64,000 nt of DNA, from assembly GCA_040005235.1 (NCBI GenBank), contig JBDTZG010000005.1, positions 1 through 64,000 of the forward strand, read 5' to 3'. How positions within the stretch are numbered: position 1 is the first letter of the stretch; each line of letters starts with the position of its first letter. Shown here in pieces: positions 27,918-38,307 of the stretch. Source of the stretch: Acidobacteriota bacterium (lineage in GTDB: Bacteria; Acidobacteriota; Thermoanaerobaculia; Multivoradales; UBA5704). The translations under genes were made by a program, and so were the position numbers. The notes beneath the pieces were generated by a model. It saw nothing but the letters and a program-made list of their open reading frames with translations, was not told the DNA's origin and made no database searches.

Positions 27918-28082
27918 CGTTGAACCTCCGAGAGATGGCGGGAACGATACTCGAAAACGGCGAGGTTCCGTGAGAGATCGAGCGCGAGACCGGGGCTCTC
28001 GCTCGGCTAAACGCACTGATCCCCACGTTCCGGCCAGCCGAAAAGAGGCGAGGCGGCGAGAAGCCGCCCCGCCCGCGATCTT

Positions 28083-29192
28083 CTAATTCTGGTGCGGGTT
28101 GTTCTCGGCGAAGTACTCGTGGCTGTCGGCGTTGGCGACTGCCTTGGTCGGATTCTTGGTCGCGAGCTTCTTGCAGGCGGTCTGACCGTAGGCGTTGTCG
28201 TTGGTGCCGGCCACGACCGTGAAGTGGCTGGTCTCGTGAACCAGGGTGCCGGCCTTCGAATCGGTGCCGGTCGCCGGGGCGGCGAAGAAGGCGCCGCACA
28301 GGTGGACGTGGTAGGGCTGGTTGGAGTAGACGAACGCGTAGAGCGTGTTGTCCGACGCGCAGTCGCAGTCGAGCTGGAAGGTCTGGCCGGAGAAGGCGTT
28401 CTTCAAGCTGTTGTAGTGCGACTGGACGGTCGAATACCGCGAGCTGGTATAGGCCCCGAACCAGGTCACGTAGCGCGCGTCGGTCGCGCGCGAGGCGGTG
28501 GGCAGGCCGACCAGGAAGTTGTACGACTCGGTCGCGTAGTTCTGGGCGTTGGTGAGCGCGCTGCCGATCGACGTGATGTTGCCGTTCGAGCAGTTCAGGT
28601 AGGTCGGGGTGAGCGCCCGGCCCGGATGCGGGGCCGGCAGTGCGATCCCGATCTTCGTGCCGCTCAGATCTTTGCCAGACAGAGTGAGATCGACGGTTTG
28701 GGATTCCAGGGCGTCGAACGTGCCGACGGCGGTCAGCCCTTTCTGGAAGTCCTCATGCACGAAGTCGATGCCGGCCGCCGCGTAGCGCACCGTGTAATGC
28801 CCAGGCTTCCGCATGTCGTAGACGGCCGACAGGTCGAAGGTCACCGACGCGCTTTCTCTCGCCGGAATGCGGACGTAGTCCGAAGGACGCGGCGCAGCGC
28901 GCTTGACCAGCCGGCCGGTGTAGGCGACAGACTCGCCGTCGCGCTCGACGACGAAGAGGTCGCCGTCGAAACCGGCGAGGGGGGTCTTCCACTTGAGGAC
29001 GAGCAGATCGTCCGCGCCCTGGTTGGCGAGGGTAAAGCGCACGTTCACGCCATCCGCCGTGGTGAGCGCCGTCCTGTCCATCGACAAGCTGGGTACCAGA
29101 GCGGCGCTACCGCGAGAACCGGCGATCGCCGGCATCCCCGCAACAGCCATCAGACAAACCGCGACGATGCTCCATTGGACCTGCTTCCGCAT
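28083..29192 (-). CDS. M35 family peptidyl-Lys metalloendopeptidase (aspzincin), secreted
   Basis: GTLVHETSHF, GTNDNAYG, NADSHEYFAEN; signal peptide and prodomain. Confidence 0.93.
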   Translation of the reverse strand: MRKQVQWSIVAVCLMAVAGMPAIAGSRGSAALVPSLSMDRTALTTADGVNVRFTLANQGADDLLVLKWKTPLAGFDGDLFVVERDGESVAYTGRLVKRAAPRPSDYVRIPARESASVTFDLSAVYDMRKPGHYTVRYAAAGIDFVHEDFQKGLTAVGTFDALESQTVDLTLSGKDLSGTKIGIALPAPHPGRALTPTYLNCSNGNITSIGSALTNAQNYATESYNFLVGLPTASRATDARYVTWFGAYTSSRYSTVQSHYNSLKNAFSGQTFQLDCDCASDNTLYAFVYSNQPYHVHLCGAFFAAPATGTDSKAGTLVHETSHFTVVAGTNDNAYGQTACKKLATKNPTKAVANADSHEYFAENNPHQN

Positions 29193-29389
29193 GAGGTCTC
29201 CCCCTTCTGGTGATCTAAGCCTCCCGCATCGGTGCTGGGGCTTTTGAGAGCGCAGACTGATTTGCCTAAACAGTGTGCAGGGAGATCCCGAACGGGACAA
29301 GGACCGAATTTGGCGGGGGCCCTGGGCGCTTGCCGTGCAGCCGGAATCAGTCGTCTTGGCGGGAGCCGTGACGACATGTCCAGATCCTT

Positions 29390-30135
29390 GAGGGAACGGC
29401 GAGATCCGCTTACCGTGAGTAATGGTCGTAAAGTGGATCGCCTCGCCTGTAGCACAGTCCGGCGTGTCGCACTCGACCTTGTAGAGATCGATCCGATTGT
29501 GATCGCCGAACACCGGATTGCCGCGGGCGCCGGCCATGTAAAGATCGCCGTGGATGTTGCCTTCCCGCAGGAACTGGAAGGTTTGATGGGAGTCTTCGAC
29601 TTCCGGCACTTTGGTCCGGCTGACGAATTCCCAATCGAGATCCGGGCTCGAAAGGTCGCCGATCGTCGAGCGGTAGAAGTAGATCGGGTCCTCTTGTTCG
29701 AAACCGCCTTTGACCGACATCAGGTACAGACCGTTCTGTAGCGGGGTGACGCCGAAGCCATCGGACCCTTTGAGCGGCTTGGTGTCGGGATCGTCCGCCG
29801 GCCCGTCCATGGGCGCGAACTGGCTCCGAAACGCGGGGTCTTCCGGGTTGCTGACATCGAAGAATAGGATCGCCGTGGGATGCGGCGCCACGTCGTAGCT
29901 CGGGTCGGGAATCGGCGGCAGCGGGAAAGCCCATCTTGAAGACGACGAGGTTGCCGTTGCGGGTCTCGCCCGGAGAGTCGTCGCAGACCAGCTCGTCGGG
30001 GAGGAACGGGATGTCCGGTGTGTTGCCGCTGCGGGTGACCAGGAAGAAGGGCGTGCCGTCCGCGCCGTCGACCCGCGTGATCGCCTGATAGTGCCGGCAC
30101 TGGCTGGGATTCGGAGTGGTGCTGCCGGCCCCGCC
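29390..30135 (-). pseudogene. Internal fragment of an unknown beta-rich protein gene, frameshifted
   Basis: CRHYQAITRVDGADGTPFFLVTRSGN...LVVFKMG switches frame near 29930 to FPLPPIPDPSYD...RISPFP; no start or stop of its own. Confidence 0.55.
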
Positions 30136-30154
30136 AAGGAGACGCCGGGGCCGC

Positions 30155-31885
30155 CTAGCCCCTGGATTTATTGATGCGAGCGGCGTGCACAGGGGGCAGA
30201 GAAGCGAGAACCGATTCCAGCCGCCCGACCTCCGCCGGCTTGACCAGATGGTCGTCGAAACCGGCGGCGCGGGAGCGGGCCCGGTCTTGATCGCTGCCGT
30301 AGCCCGAGAGTGCCACCATCCGTACGTCGCCGAGGTCAGGGTTGGCGCGCAGGCGGGTCGCCACCTGGTAGCCGTCCATGCCCGGAAGGCCGATGTCGAG
30401 AAAGATCAGGTCGGGATGAAACTCCGACGCGGCCACGAGGGCCTTGGGACCGTCGTTGGCCTCGCGCACCTCGTGGCCGTTCAGCCGGAGCAGGAGGCCG
30501 AGGCTGCCGGCCGCGTCGCGGTTGTCGTCCACGATCAGGATGCGGCGGGCGGGCTGGAGCGATGGCGGCGCCTTCGACGCTCTGGAGACCGGGGCTTCGG
30601 CCGTGAGGCTCTGGGTCTCGGCAAGCGGGAGGCTGATCACGAACTCGCTTCCCTTTCCGAGGCCGGCGCTCTTCGCGCTCAAGGTGCCGCCGTGGAGCTC
30701 GGTCAGGCGTCGCGAGAGGGTCAGGCCGATGCCCAGACCCTCTTCGGAGCGCGACGCGGTCGAATCCGCCTGCACGAAAAGATCGAAGATCTCGGAAAGG
30801 AGCCGGGGTTCGATCCCTCGCCCGTTGTCGCGCACGCAGATTGTGGCGGACGATTCCGCGGACCTCTCGGCCGTGATGACAATCCGCCCTCCCTTGGGGG
30901 TGAACTTGGCCGCGTTCTTGAGCAGGTTGACGACCACCTGGATCATCCGCATCAGATCGACTTCCACCGCCAGCGGGTAGGGAGGCAGGTCGATCTTCAG
31001 GCGGTGGTTGCGTTGGGCGATGAAATCGCGACAGCTCTCGACCGCGCGATGGAGGACCAGGCGCGCATCGATCGACTCCTTGCGCAACTTGATCACTCCT
31101 CTCGTGACGCGGCCGACATCGAGCAGGTCGTCGACCAGACGAACCAGATTCTCGACCTGCCGGGCCATCATTTGATGCGTTTCGCGCGCCAGCGGCTCCA
31201 GCGAGCCGATCTTTCCCAAGAGGTGGATGCCGTTGCGCAACGGACCGAGCGGATTGCGCAGCTCGTGCGCCAGAATAGCCAGGAACTCGTCCTTGCGGCG
31301 ATCCGCTTCGCGCAGGGCGGCCGAGGTGCTCTCCGCGGCGACCCGGGCCACCTGCCCTTCGAGAAACCGAATCTTTTCCTCCTCCTGTCGTTTCTGGCCG
31401 GTGAGATCGGTGAGGAGCACGCAGATCATGTCCTCGTCGACGAGCAGCGGGCTTGCAGAAACACCGGCGGGAAAGATCCCGTCGGCGCGCCGGATCGAGA
31501 CCTCGCGATAGATGTCCTCGGTGAGCGCAAGAGCCAGCGCGTTCGACAGCTCGTCCCGGTCGGCCTCGACCACGAAGTCGCTCAGGCGGGATCCGATCAG
31601 GTCGGAGAGCGGCACGCCCAGGAGGTCGGCGAGCCGCTGGTTGACATAGAAAATCGTTTCGTCAGCGGCCAGCGTCGCCGCTCCCTGCTGCATCCGTTCG
31701 ATCAACAGACGGTAGGGCCGGTCGACGCCGCCGAGAACCAGGACGTGATCCTCGGCGTTTCGATGCACCAGGAAGGCGTCGACCTCGCCGCTGGAAATCG
31801 CCTGGATGGTCGACTCGGCTTCTTCCAGCCGCTGGCGCAGCTCGTCGTTCTCCAGCCGCAGGTCCTCTAGAGTCCGCAGTTCCAT
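30155..31885 (-). CDS. Hybrid PAS-histidine kinase-receiver
   Basis: PAS (LIERMQQGA, YVNQR), LAHELRNPL, NAAKFT, DNGRG, GLGIGL, receiver DIGLPGMDG. Confidence 0.93.
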   Translation of the reverse strand: MELRTLEDLRLENDELRQRLEEAESTIQAISSGEVDAFLVHRNAEDHVLVLGGVDRPYRLLIERMQQGAATLAADETIFYVNQRLADLLGVPLSDLIGSRLSDFVVEADRDELSNALALALTEDIYREVSIRRADGIFPAGVSASPLLVDEDMICVLLTDLTGQKRQEEEKIRFLEGQVARVAAESTSAALREADRRKDEFLAILAHELRNPLGPLRNGIHLLGKIGSLEPLARETHQMMARQVENLVRLVDDLLDVGRVTRGVIKLRKESIDARLVLHRAVESCRDFIAQRNHRLKIDLPPYPLAVEVDLMRMIQVVVNLLKNAAKFTPKGGRIVITAERSAESSATICVRDNGRGIEPRLLSEIFDLFVQADSTASRSEEGLGIGLTLSRRLTELHGGTLSAKSAGLGKGSEFVISLPLAETQSLTAEAPVSRASKAPPSLQPARRILIVDDNRDAAGSLGLLLRLNGHEVREANDGPKALVAASEFHPDLIFLDIGLPGMDGYQVATRLRANPDLGDVRMVALSGYGSDQDRARSRAAGFDDHLVKPAEVGRLESVLASLPPVHAARINKSRG

Positions 31886-31887
31886 GA

Positions 31888-32217
31888 TCAGGGGCGCCGC
31901 GGCCTCAACTGGAGACCGACGAGAGTCCGTTCGGTATCGGAAAGGTCGCCGATGATGCGGCGGATCGGATCGGGCAGTTTGCGCACGAGCGTCGGTATTG
32001 CCAGGATCTGATCTTCGCGGGCTAGCCTTGGGTTGACCAGCAAATCGACGACCTCGATTCGATAGCGGCCAGCGAGGTGCTCCTCGCACAGCAGTTTCAG
32101 GTTCTTGAAGGCGGTGACCGATTTCGGGGTCTGGCCGGCGACGTAGAGCCGCAGCTCCCAGATCTCTTCCGCACCCGCCCTCGCGGTCGGCGGTTCCTGT
32201 TCACTGACGGATGTCAT
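31888..32217 (-). CDS. kaiB: KaiB family protein
   Basis: [39 protein letters not shown]. Confidence 0.92.
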   Translation of the reverse strand: MTSVSEQEPPTARAGAEEIWELRLYVAGQTPKSVTAFKNLKLLCEEHLAGRYRIEVVDLLVNPRLAREDQILAIPTLVRKLPDPIRRIIGDLSDTERTLVGLQLRPRRP

Positions 32218-32272
32218 GACCGTGTCCTCAAGGTTTCGTTAACGAGGCGCGGCAACCCACCCCCGTTCCTTG

Positions 32273-32288
32273 AGCAAGATTCAAGCCC
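32273..32288 (-). promoter_or_regulatory. Possible sigma54 -24/-12 promoter of kaiB-HK
   Basis: GGGCTTGAATCTTGCT (GG-N10-GC) ~55 nt upstream of kaiB. Confidence 0.45.
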
Positions 32289-32381
32289 ACTGACCCTCAC
32301 CCCGAGCCTCCGCGCCGCTTCCCAGGAAGCGGGCCGGCCCGGCAAATGTTTCCGTCGGCTTTTTTCCCCTCCCCGGACCCG

Positions 32382-33677
32382 TTACTTCTGCTCCGGGAAC
32401 TTGAAGCCGATATAGGTTCCGGAGCTGAGCCCCATCAGCCCCAGAAGCGTGGCGCTGAACTCCGGCATCGTCAGGTCGTTGTAGACCGACGAGATGAACA
32501 TGATCCCGAGCAGAATCGTCCAGGCGAAGATCTGGAAGCGGTGGAAGCTGTAGCCCGAGCTGTCGGCCAGGAGGTCGAGCAGAAAACCCCGGGTGACGCC
32601 CGAGGCCGCCGTGGGGTTGAGGGACTGGATCTGCAAGCTCAACTGAGAGAGCCGGGTACGGCAGTCCTGAATCTGCCGGTTGAGGCTGTCGCGGTTGGCG
32701 AGCTCCTCAGGTGCCAGGTTCGTGCGAACGCTCATCCCGTCGGCCTGCGCCTGGAGTGCCGGCAGGCTCTGTTCGACCGCCTGTTTCTCGGCAGAAAGAT
32801 CCTGAAGCTTGGCCGCGTTCGCATTGTCCTTGCCGGAATCGATCAACGCCTCGCTCAGGGCGGTGCCGGCGCTGATGCCCATCAGGGCGAGCAGGGAGGC
32901 GGTGATCGTGTCGAGCGAGCCGGTGACCAGCCAGATCCCGAGATACGAGACGTAGATCAAGAAAAACCAGAACGCCATCTGCGTCCGCCCCAGGTTATAG
33001 GGCCGGAGCTTGCCGCCCGCCGGGGCCGGCCCGGTCTCGCGGATCAGGTTCGTCCTCCGCGCGAGCCAAAGCAACAGAAACATCGTCACCAGGGTGAGGA
33101 TCACGGCGATCACCCCGTACCAGGACGAGATCACCGTCAGCGGGACACGGTTGGCGAGGCCAAAGTCGGTGTCGAAGGAAGAGTGCGACTCACCTTCGAG
33201 CCCGACGCTCAATGTGACCGGGTGACTGAGGCTGATCGGGGCGCCCAGCAGGTCGGTCCAGATCTCCCGGTTCTCGGGCGTCAGCTCAAGGTGGTACGAG
33301 AGCAGGCCCCGGGCCGGCTCGATCTCGTCCGGTGTGTTGCCGCGGATGGCCCGGCCGTTGATATAGGGGACGAGCTTGCCGGGGTCGTTCGTCTTCGACC
33401 ACTCGGCCAAGTGGTCGACCCGCAACCGGATCAGGCCGTCGAGCTCGAGATGTCCTTCGACGATCTCGACCACCTTCGGCGCCGTGGAGACCGGCGCGGC
33501 TGCCGCTTTCGGGGAGGCCGGAACCGCTGCAGCGCTGGTCGCGGGCGCCGAATTTGAAGCCTGCGGACTCGTGTCGCCCGATTCCGTGCCTTGCGCCCGG
33601 AGGGACCAAGGGGGAACGACCAGCGCGAGCGCAACGAGACAAACCGGCCACAGAATACCTGCCGCTTTCGGTCGCAT
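32382..33677 (-). CDS. Hypothetical membrane protein with duplicated TM-hairpin module and coiled coil
   Basis: Signal peptide; YNLGRTQMAFW...LLALMGISAGT and YSFHRFQIFAW...LLGLMGLSSGTY repeats. Confidence 0.8.
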   Translation of the reverse strand: MRPKAAGILWPVCLVALALVVPPWSLRAQGTESGDTSPQASNSAPATSAAAVPASPKAAAAPVSTAPKVVEIVEGHLELDGLIRLRVDHLAEWSKTNDPGKLVPYINGRAIRGNTPDEIEPARGLLSYHLELTPENREIWTDLLGAPISLSHPVTLSVGLEGESHSSFDTDFGLANRVPLTVISSWYGVIAVILTLVTMFLLLWLARRTNLIRETGPAPAGGKLRPYNLGRTQMAFWFFLIYVSYLGIWLVTGSLDTITASLLALMGISAGTALSEALIDSGKDNANAAKLQDLSAEKQAVEQSLPALQAQADGMSVRTNLAPEELANRDSLNRQIQDCRTRLSQLSLQIQSLNPTAASGVTRGFLLDLLADSSGYSFHRFQIFAWTILLGIMFISSVYNDLTMPEFSATLLGLMGLSSGTYIGFKFPEQK

Positions 33678-33848
33678 GCTTCCTCCGATGAGAGGGCGGA
33701 AGGTTAACCCGATTTCCTGCGGAGGCAAACCTATCGAAGCCGTATCTCTGCGGAATCGAGGCCCCGAGCGGCAAGTGAGTCAAGTCGTGAAATCCCCGAG
33801 CGGCCGCTCGGACGGTGCCGCTCGGGGAGTGGGGAGGAGCAAGGGAGG

Positions 33849-36182
33849 TCAGGCCGGCAGGTGGCGATCCCAGTTGCGGTGCTTGCCCACGGCCGCGACG
33901 AACGAAGACGAATCGCGTGTGATGGCCCAGTCCGAATTTCGGTCGTTCGGCACTCCGGCCGCCGCAAGTCTTTTCTCTCCTGCGCCCTCGACCAGAATCG
34001 CCTTGCAGTGCCTGTATTGGTCACGCAGGAAGTCGAGCGCCGGGCTCTGGGAGCTCGCGTCGCTAACCTCCCCGTCGGGAACGACCACGGCGTCGAACAG
34101 CACCGAGGGCATTGTCTCGAAGGTGGCATCCGCTTCCAACGAGCCCTCGGACGTCCGCATCGTTCCAAGCCGTTCCCCGACCAGCTTGACCACTGCGCCG
34201 GCGCCGGTCAGGAATTCGCGGGTCTTAAGCACCGACCGCGCCGCGGGCTTCGCGTCGACCAAAATCGCGATTTTCCGTCCGCGGATATCGCCCTCGCCGG
34301 GTCGGAAGGTGAGGGACAAGGCAGGCGACTTGGCGACCTCCGGGGCCGGCTGGTCGCTCAACAACCGCGGCATCGGCTTGGGCAGCGGGATGCCCAGGCC
34401 GCCAGCGACCTCCCGAGCGAGGTCGTCGGAAACATTGCGCAGCATTGACACCACGCGCTCCCGGATCGCCGGCACCTGCACCTTGGTCAGCTCGAAGCGG
34501 AAGCCGCGCACGATGTGCGCCCGCTCGTACTCCGTCTGGCTGTTCCAGAACAGAGTCGCCTGGGAGTAGTGATCGGCGAACCGCTCCGGCTTGCCGCGCA
34601 CCTTGTCGCCCTCGACCGGTTCGGGGAAGCTGACGAACCCAGCCTTCCCGGCCTGGAACGGACAGCCGCCGGCGAGCGAATTGGGCTCGTAGGCAATGCG
34701 GCCGCGATGGATCGCCTGGCGGTGCAGGCCGTCGCGCTGGTTGTTGTGCGCCTGAGCCAGGGGCGAGTTGATCGGGATCTCGTGGAAGTTCGGTCCGCCG
34801 AGGCGCGACAACTGGGTGTCGAAATAAGAGTGGATACGCCCCGCGAGCAGCGGATCGTTGGAGAAATCGATGCCGGGCACCAAGTTCTGGACCCCGAACG
34901 CCACCTGCTCGGTCTCGGCGAAGAAGTTGTCGGGATTCCGGTTGAGCACCATCCGGCCGACCGGAACCACGGGCACCAACTCCTCGGGGACGAGCTTGGT
35001 TGCGTCGAGGATGTCGAAGCTGAAGGCTTCCGCTTGCTCTTCGGTGAAGATCTGGAGGCCCAGCTCATACTCCGGGAAGTTCCCGGCCTCGATCGAATCC
35101 CACAGTTCGCGGCGGTGAAAGTCCGAATCGGCACCCGAGATCTTGACCGCCTCGTCCCAATCGAGAGAGTGGGTCCCCGCACGCGGCGTCCAGTGGAACT
35201 TGACGAACCGCGAGGCGCCCCGAGCGTTGACCAGCCGGAAGGTGTGAACGCCGAAGCCCTGCATGGTGCGCAAGCTGCGCGGCACCGCGCGATCCGACAT
35301 CACCCACATCAGCATGTGGGTCGATTCGGGCATCAACGAGACGAAGTCCCAGAACGTGTCGTGCGCACTCGCGGCCTGCGGCATCCCGTGGTGGGGCTCG
35401 GGCTTGAGCGCATGCACGAGGTCGGGAAACTTCATCGCGTCCTGGATGAAGAACACCGGAATGTTGTTGCCGACGAGGTCGAAGTTCCCCTCGTCGGTGT
35501 AGAACTTGGTCGCGAAGCCTCGCGCGTCGCGCGCCGTGTCGGTCGAGCCGCGCTCTCCGGCGACGGTCGAGAAGCGCACGAAGACCGGCGTCCGCTTGCC
35601 CTCTTCGGAAAGAAACGAGGCGCGCGTGTACTTCGACAGCGGGGAGTAGCACTCGAAATAACCGTGGGCGGCGGAGCCCCGCGCGTGAACGATCCGCTCG
35701 GGAATGCGCTCGTGGTCGAAGTGGGTGATCTTCTCGCGGAGGATGAAGTCCTCCAACAGGGCGGGGCCGCGGAGCCCTGCCTTGAGCGAATTCTGGTTGT
35801 CGGAAATCGGCTGACCGAAGTTCGTAGTCAGAGCCCGGCCCCCCGAATCGACCCGCACCCTGTCGAGCGGTTCGTTGCCGGGATTGAACCCGGCGCGCGC
35901 CGGATCCCCGGTCTTGCCCGACGGATTCGCCTCGGTGAGAGTGCTCGCGGTGACCGACGGATCGGACGGCTCGACGACGAAGCCGGCCCTTGGATTCCGC
36001 GCCGCGTCGCCGATCTCGAACGCTTTGTTGCGGTTCATCGGAAAGGCGGCTGCGAGCGGCTGCGCCTCAAGCGCCCGCCGCGCGGACGGATCGCCGCTTT
36101 CGTCAGGTGGATTCTTCTGGTTTTTTTGCCCGCTCTCGCCAGCAGCTTTTACAGATTGCCGGGACCGCTTTGGATTTGCCAT
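33849..36182 (-). CDS. katE: Large-subunit catalase HPII
   Basis: [38 protein letters not shown]-terminal GATase-like domain. Confidence 0.96.
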   Translation of the reverse strand: MANPKRSRQSVKAAGESGQKNQKNPPDESGDPSARRALEAQPLAAAFPMNRNKAFEIGDAARNPRAGFVVEPSDPSVTASTLTEANPSGKTGDPARAGFNPGNEPLDRVRVDSGGRALTTNFGQPISDNQNSLKAGLRGPALLEDFILREKITHFDHERIPERIVHARGSAAHGYFECYSPLSKYTRASFLSEEGKRTPVFVRFSTVAGERGSTDTARDARGFATKFYTDEGNFDLVGNNIPVFFIQDAMKFPDLVHALKPEPHHGMPQAASAHDTFWDFVSLMPESTHMLMWVMSDRAVPRSLRTMQGFGVHTFRLVNARGASRFVKFHWTPRAGTHSLDWDEAVKISGADSDFHRRELWDSIEAGNFPEYELGLQIFTEEQAEAFSFDILDATKLVPEELVPVVPVGRMVLNRNPDNFFAETEQVAFGVQNLVPGIDFSNDPLLAGRIHSYFDTQLSRLGGPNFHEIPINSPLAQAHNNQRDGLHRQAIHRGRIAYEPNSLAGGCPFQAGKAGFVSFPEPVEGDKVRGKPERFADHYSQATLFWNSQTEYERAHIVRGFRFELTKVQVPAIRERVVSMLRNVSDDLAREVAGGLGIPLPKPMPRLLSDQPAPEVAKSPALSLTFRPGEGDIRGRKIAILVDAKPAARSVLKTREFLTGAGAVVKLVGERLGTMRTSEGSLEADATFETMPSVLFDAVVVPDGEVSDASSQSPALDFLRDQYRHCKAILVEGAGEKRLAAAGVPNDRNSDWAITRDSSSFVAAVGKHRNWDRHLPA

Positions 36183-36209
36183 CGTGTGTGTGCCTCCCCG
36201 GGGACGGGG

Positions 36210-36225
36210 AGCAAGGGGAGTGCCA
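36210..36225 (-). promoter_or_regulatory. Sigma54 promoter of katE
   Basis: TGGCACTCCCCTTGCT, near-consensus, ~27 nt upstream of the start. Confidence 0.75.
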
Positions 36226-36429
36226 TGGGATCTCACTCCGAGACTGGCTTGGGTCTGGAGAGGAAAGCCACGTGAACCCGGAAAAGCCTTCCCCAGGTTC
36301 GGCAAGAGCTGCCCCCATCTCGCTATCGGGTCCTGCGCCGGCCGTGAATCGCCGAAACCGTCGAACGGCACCGGCTTCACGCTGAGGGGCGCGGCCGCTC
36401 GCAAGTTGTCGAAGGAAAGGGACTTACGA

Positions 36430-36504
36430 TGGAGCGGGAGACGGGATTCGAACCCGCGACCAACAGCTTGGAAGGCTGTGACTCTACCCCTGAGTTACTC
36501 CCGC
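36430..36504 (-). tRNA. tRNA-Gly (TCC)
   Basis: GCGGGAG acceptor stem, anticodon arm ACAGC-CTTCCAA-GCTGT, GTTCGAATCC T-loop, encoded CCA. Confidence 0.97.
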
Positions 36505-36719
36505 CCGGGGCCGTGCGACGTCGGGCAGTTTAAACGATTCGGGCGGTGGGGCGCTAGGCGGACTCCAGGCGTGCCGGCGTTCCACCTCGCCTGAGTGGCC
36601 GGTGCTATGGTGGGGAGGTAGTCGGCCCTCGCTTCGCTCCTCCCATTTTTTGGCATTGGATCCTGGGGACGCCTTGGAGGTCTCCATGCCGTGCGTCGCG
36701 GCGATTGGAAGAGGGACAC

Positions 36720-37469
36720 GTGAAGAAGCCGCCGGACAGTGAATCGAACGACCGCAGCGGAGAGCTGGCCGAGCAGCGGGCCTTGGCCGCGGCAACGGCT
36801 CTGCGCGAAGCCAAGTCGTTTGCTCGGCGCTTGGTGGAGGTGCAGGAAAACGAGCGGCGCAGCATCGCCCGGGAGCTGCACGACGAGGCCGCTCAGGCGC
36901 TCGCCTCGCTGCGCTACGGACTGCGGCTGCTGGAGCGGGAGATCGAAGAGGGAGGCAGCGTCACCGAGCGGGTAGCGGAGTTGATGCAGCGAACCGACGC
37001 GGTGATCGACAGCCTGCACCGGCTGGTTGCGGATCTTCGACCGGCAAGTCTCGATCACCTGGGGCTCGAAGCGGCTCTACGTGAATATTCACGGTCGGCG
37101 GCGTCGAAGTTCGGACTCGACGTTCGCTTCAAGGCACGCGGGTTCGGCAGCGAACGGCTCCCCCAGGTCGTCGAGACGGCTCTCTATCGGGTGGTCCAGG
37201 AGGCGATGGTCAACGTCGCGCGCCACGCCCGCGCGGCCCGGGTCGACGTGTTGTTGGAGCATCGCGGCGATCGGGTGATGGTGATGATCGAGGACAACGG
37301 GGTCGGCTTCGAGCCGGATCTCGTGGAGCGCGGTGATCATTTCGGTCTCTTGGGAATCCAGGAACGTGCGGAGGCTTTGGGCGGGACGCTGACCTTGGAG
37401 AGCGCTCCCGGAACCGGGACCACAATCGTAGTGGAGGTGGCGAGTGCCGATCCGGATCCTGATCGCTGA
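36720..37469 (+). CDS. HisKA_3 histidine kinase lacking a sensor domain
   Basis: ENERRSIARELHDE, LRP..LD.LGL, QEAMVNVARHA, DNGVGF, GLLGIQER. Confidence 0.88.
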   Translation: MKKPPDSESNDRSGELAEQRALAAATALREAKSFARRLVEVQENERRSIARELHDEAAQALASLRYGLRLLEREIEEGGSVTERVAELMQRTDAVIDSLHRLVADLRPASLDHLGLEAALREYSRSAASKFGLDVRFKARGFGSERLPQVVETALYRVVQEAMVNVARHARAARVDVLLEHRGDRVMVMIEDNGVGFEPDLVERGDHFGLLGIQERAEALGGTLTLESAPGTGTTIVVEVASADPDPDR

Positions 37470-38082
37470 CGACCATGCCGTCGTCCGTTCCGGGCTTCGC
37501 GCCCTGCTGTGCGCCGCCCACGATCTCGAAGTCGTGGGCGAGGCGGAAAACGGCGAGGAGACGCTGCGGCTCGCCGAGGAGCTCCGCCCCGACACGATTC
37601 TGCTCGATCTGACGATGCCGCCGGAAAACGGCATCAAGACCGCCGCCCGGTTGAAAGAGAGGCATCCGGAGATCATCATCTTGATCCTCACCATGCACGA
37701 GGACGAGAGCCTGCTGCACGAAGCGCTGCGCGCGGGCGCCGCCGGCTACCTGATCAAGCGGGCCGAAGAGGCGGAAATCCTCCAGGCGATTCGCGCGACA
37801 AATCAGGGCGACATCTACGTTCACCCCGCCATGACCCGCGCGCTCCTTCACCAGACGGTCACGACCGAGCACCGTCGCGGAGCGTCGCCCAGCCCGTTGA
37901 CCCGGCGCGAAGTCGACGTCTTGCGCCTGCTCGCCAAGGGCAACACCAACCGGCAGATCGCCGGCCTGCTCGGCCTTTCGATGCGCACGGTCGAGAACCA
38001 TCGCGCCAACCTGATGGGCAAGCTCGGGCTGGTCAGCCGGGTCGAGTTGGTGAACTACGCCGAAGAGCACCAGTTGCTCTAG
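37444..38082 (+). CDS. NarL/LuxR family response regulator
   Basis: ILIADDH, LLDLTMP, LTRREVDVL..G.TNRQIA..TVENHRANL. Confidence 0.95.
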   Translation: MPIRILIADDHAVVRSGLRALLCAAHDLEVVGEAENGEETLRLAEELRPDTILLDLTMPPENGIKTAARLKERHPEIIILILTMHEDESLLHEALRAGAAGYLIKRAEEAEILQAIRATNQGDIYVHPAMTRALLHQTVTTEHRRGASPSPLTRREVDVLRLLAKGNTNRQIAGLLGLSMRTVENHRANLMGKLGLVSRVELVNYAEEHQLL

Positions 38083-38202
38083 TCAGTTCCGCCCGGGTAG
38101 TTTATACTTAGTTCCGGATGGGGCTCTCGGGTAGAAATTGCTCTTCTCCGGGGCGTGCCGAGGGCTTAATCTTGGAGCATTCCTGAAAGGAAGGCACAGG
38201 CC

Positions 38203-38286
38203 ATGAGCACTACCACTCTGATCATCATCGTTCTGTTGATTCTCCTCCTCGGCGGCGGCGGTTTCTATTGGCGGGGCCGCAGATAA
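38203..38286 (+). CDS. 27-aa single-TM small protein (DUF3309-like), absent from the ORF track
   Basis: MSTTTLIIIVLLILLLGGGGFYWRGRR*; purine-rich RBS upstream. Confidence 0.75.
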   Translation: MSTTTLIIIVLLILLLGGGGFYWRGRR

Positions 38287-38307
38287 CCGGTTGGACAAGG
38301 GGTCAAA

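Noticed and set aside
28083-30137. 684-aa fusion protease
   Set aside because: The M35 gene has its own RBS and signal peptide at 29192; the upstream part is a broken fragment joined by chance read-through
36430-36504. tRNA-anchored integrative element
   Set aside because: No integrase, and no duplicate of the tRNA 3' end found by eye in the window
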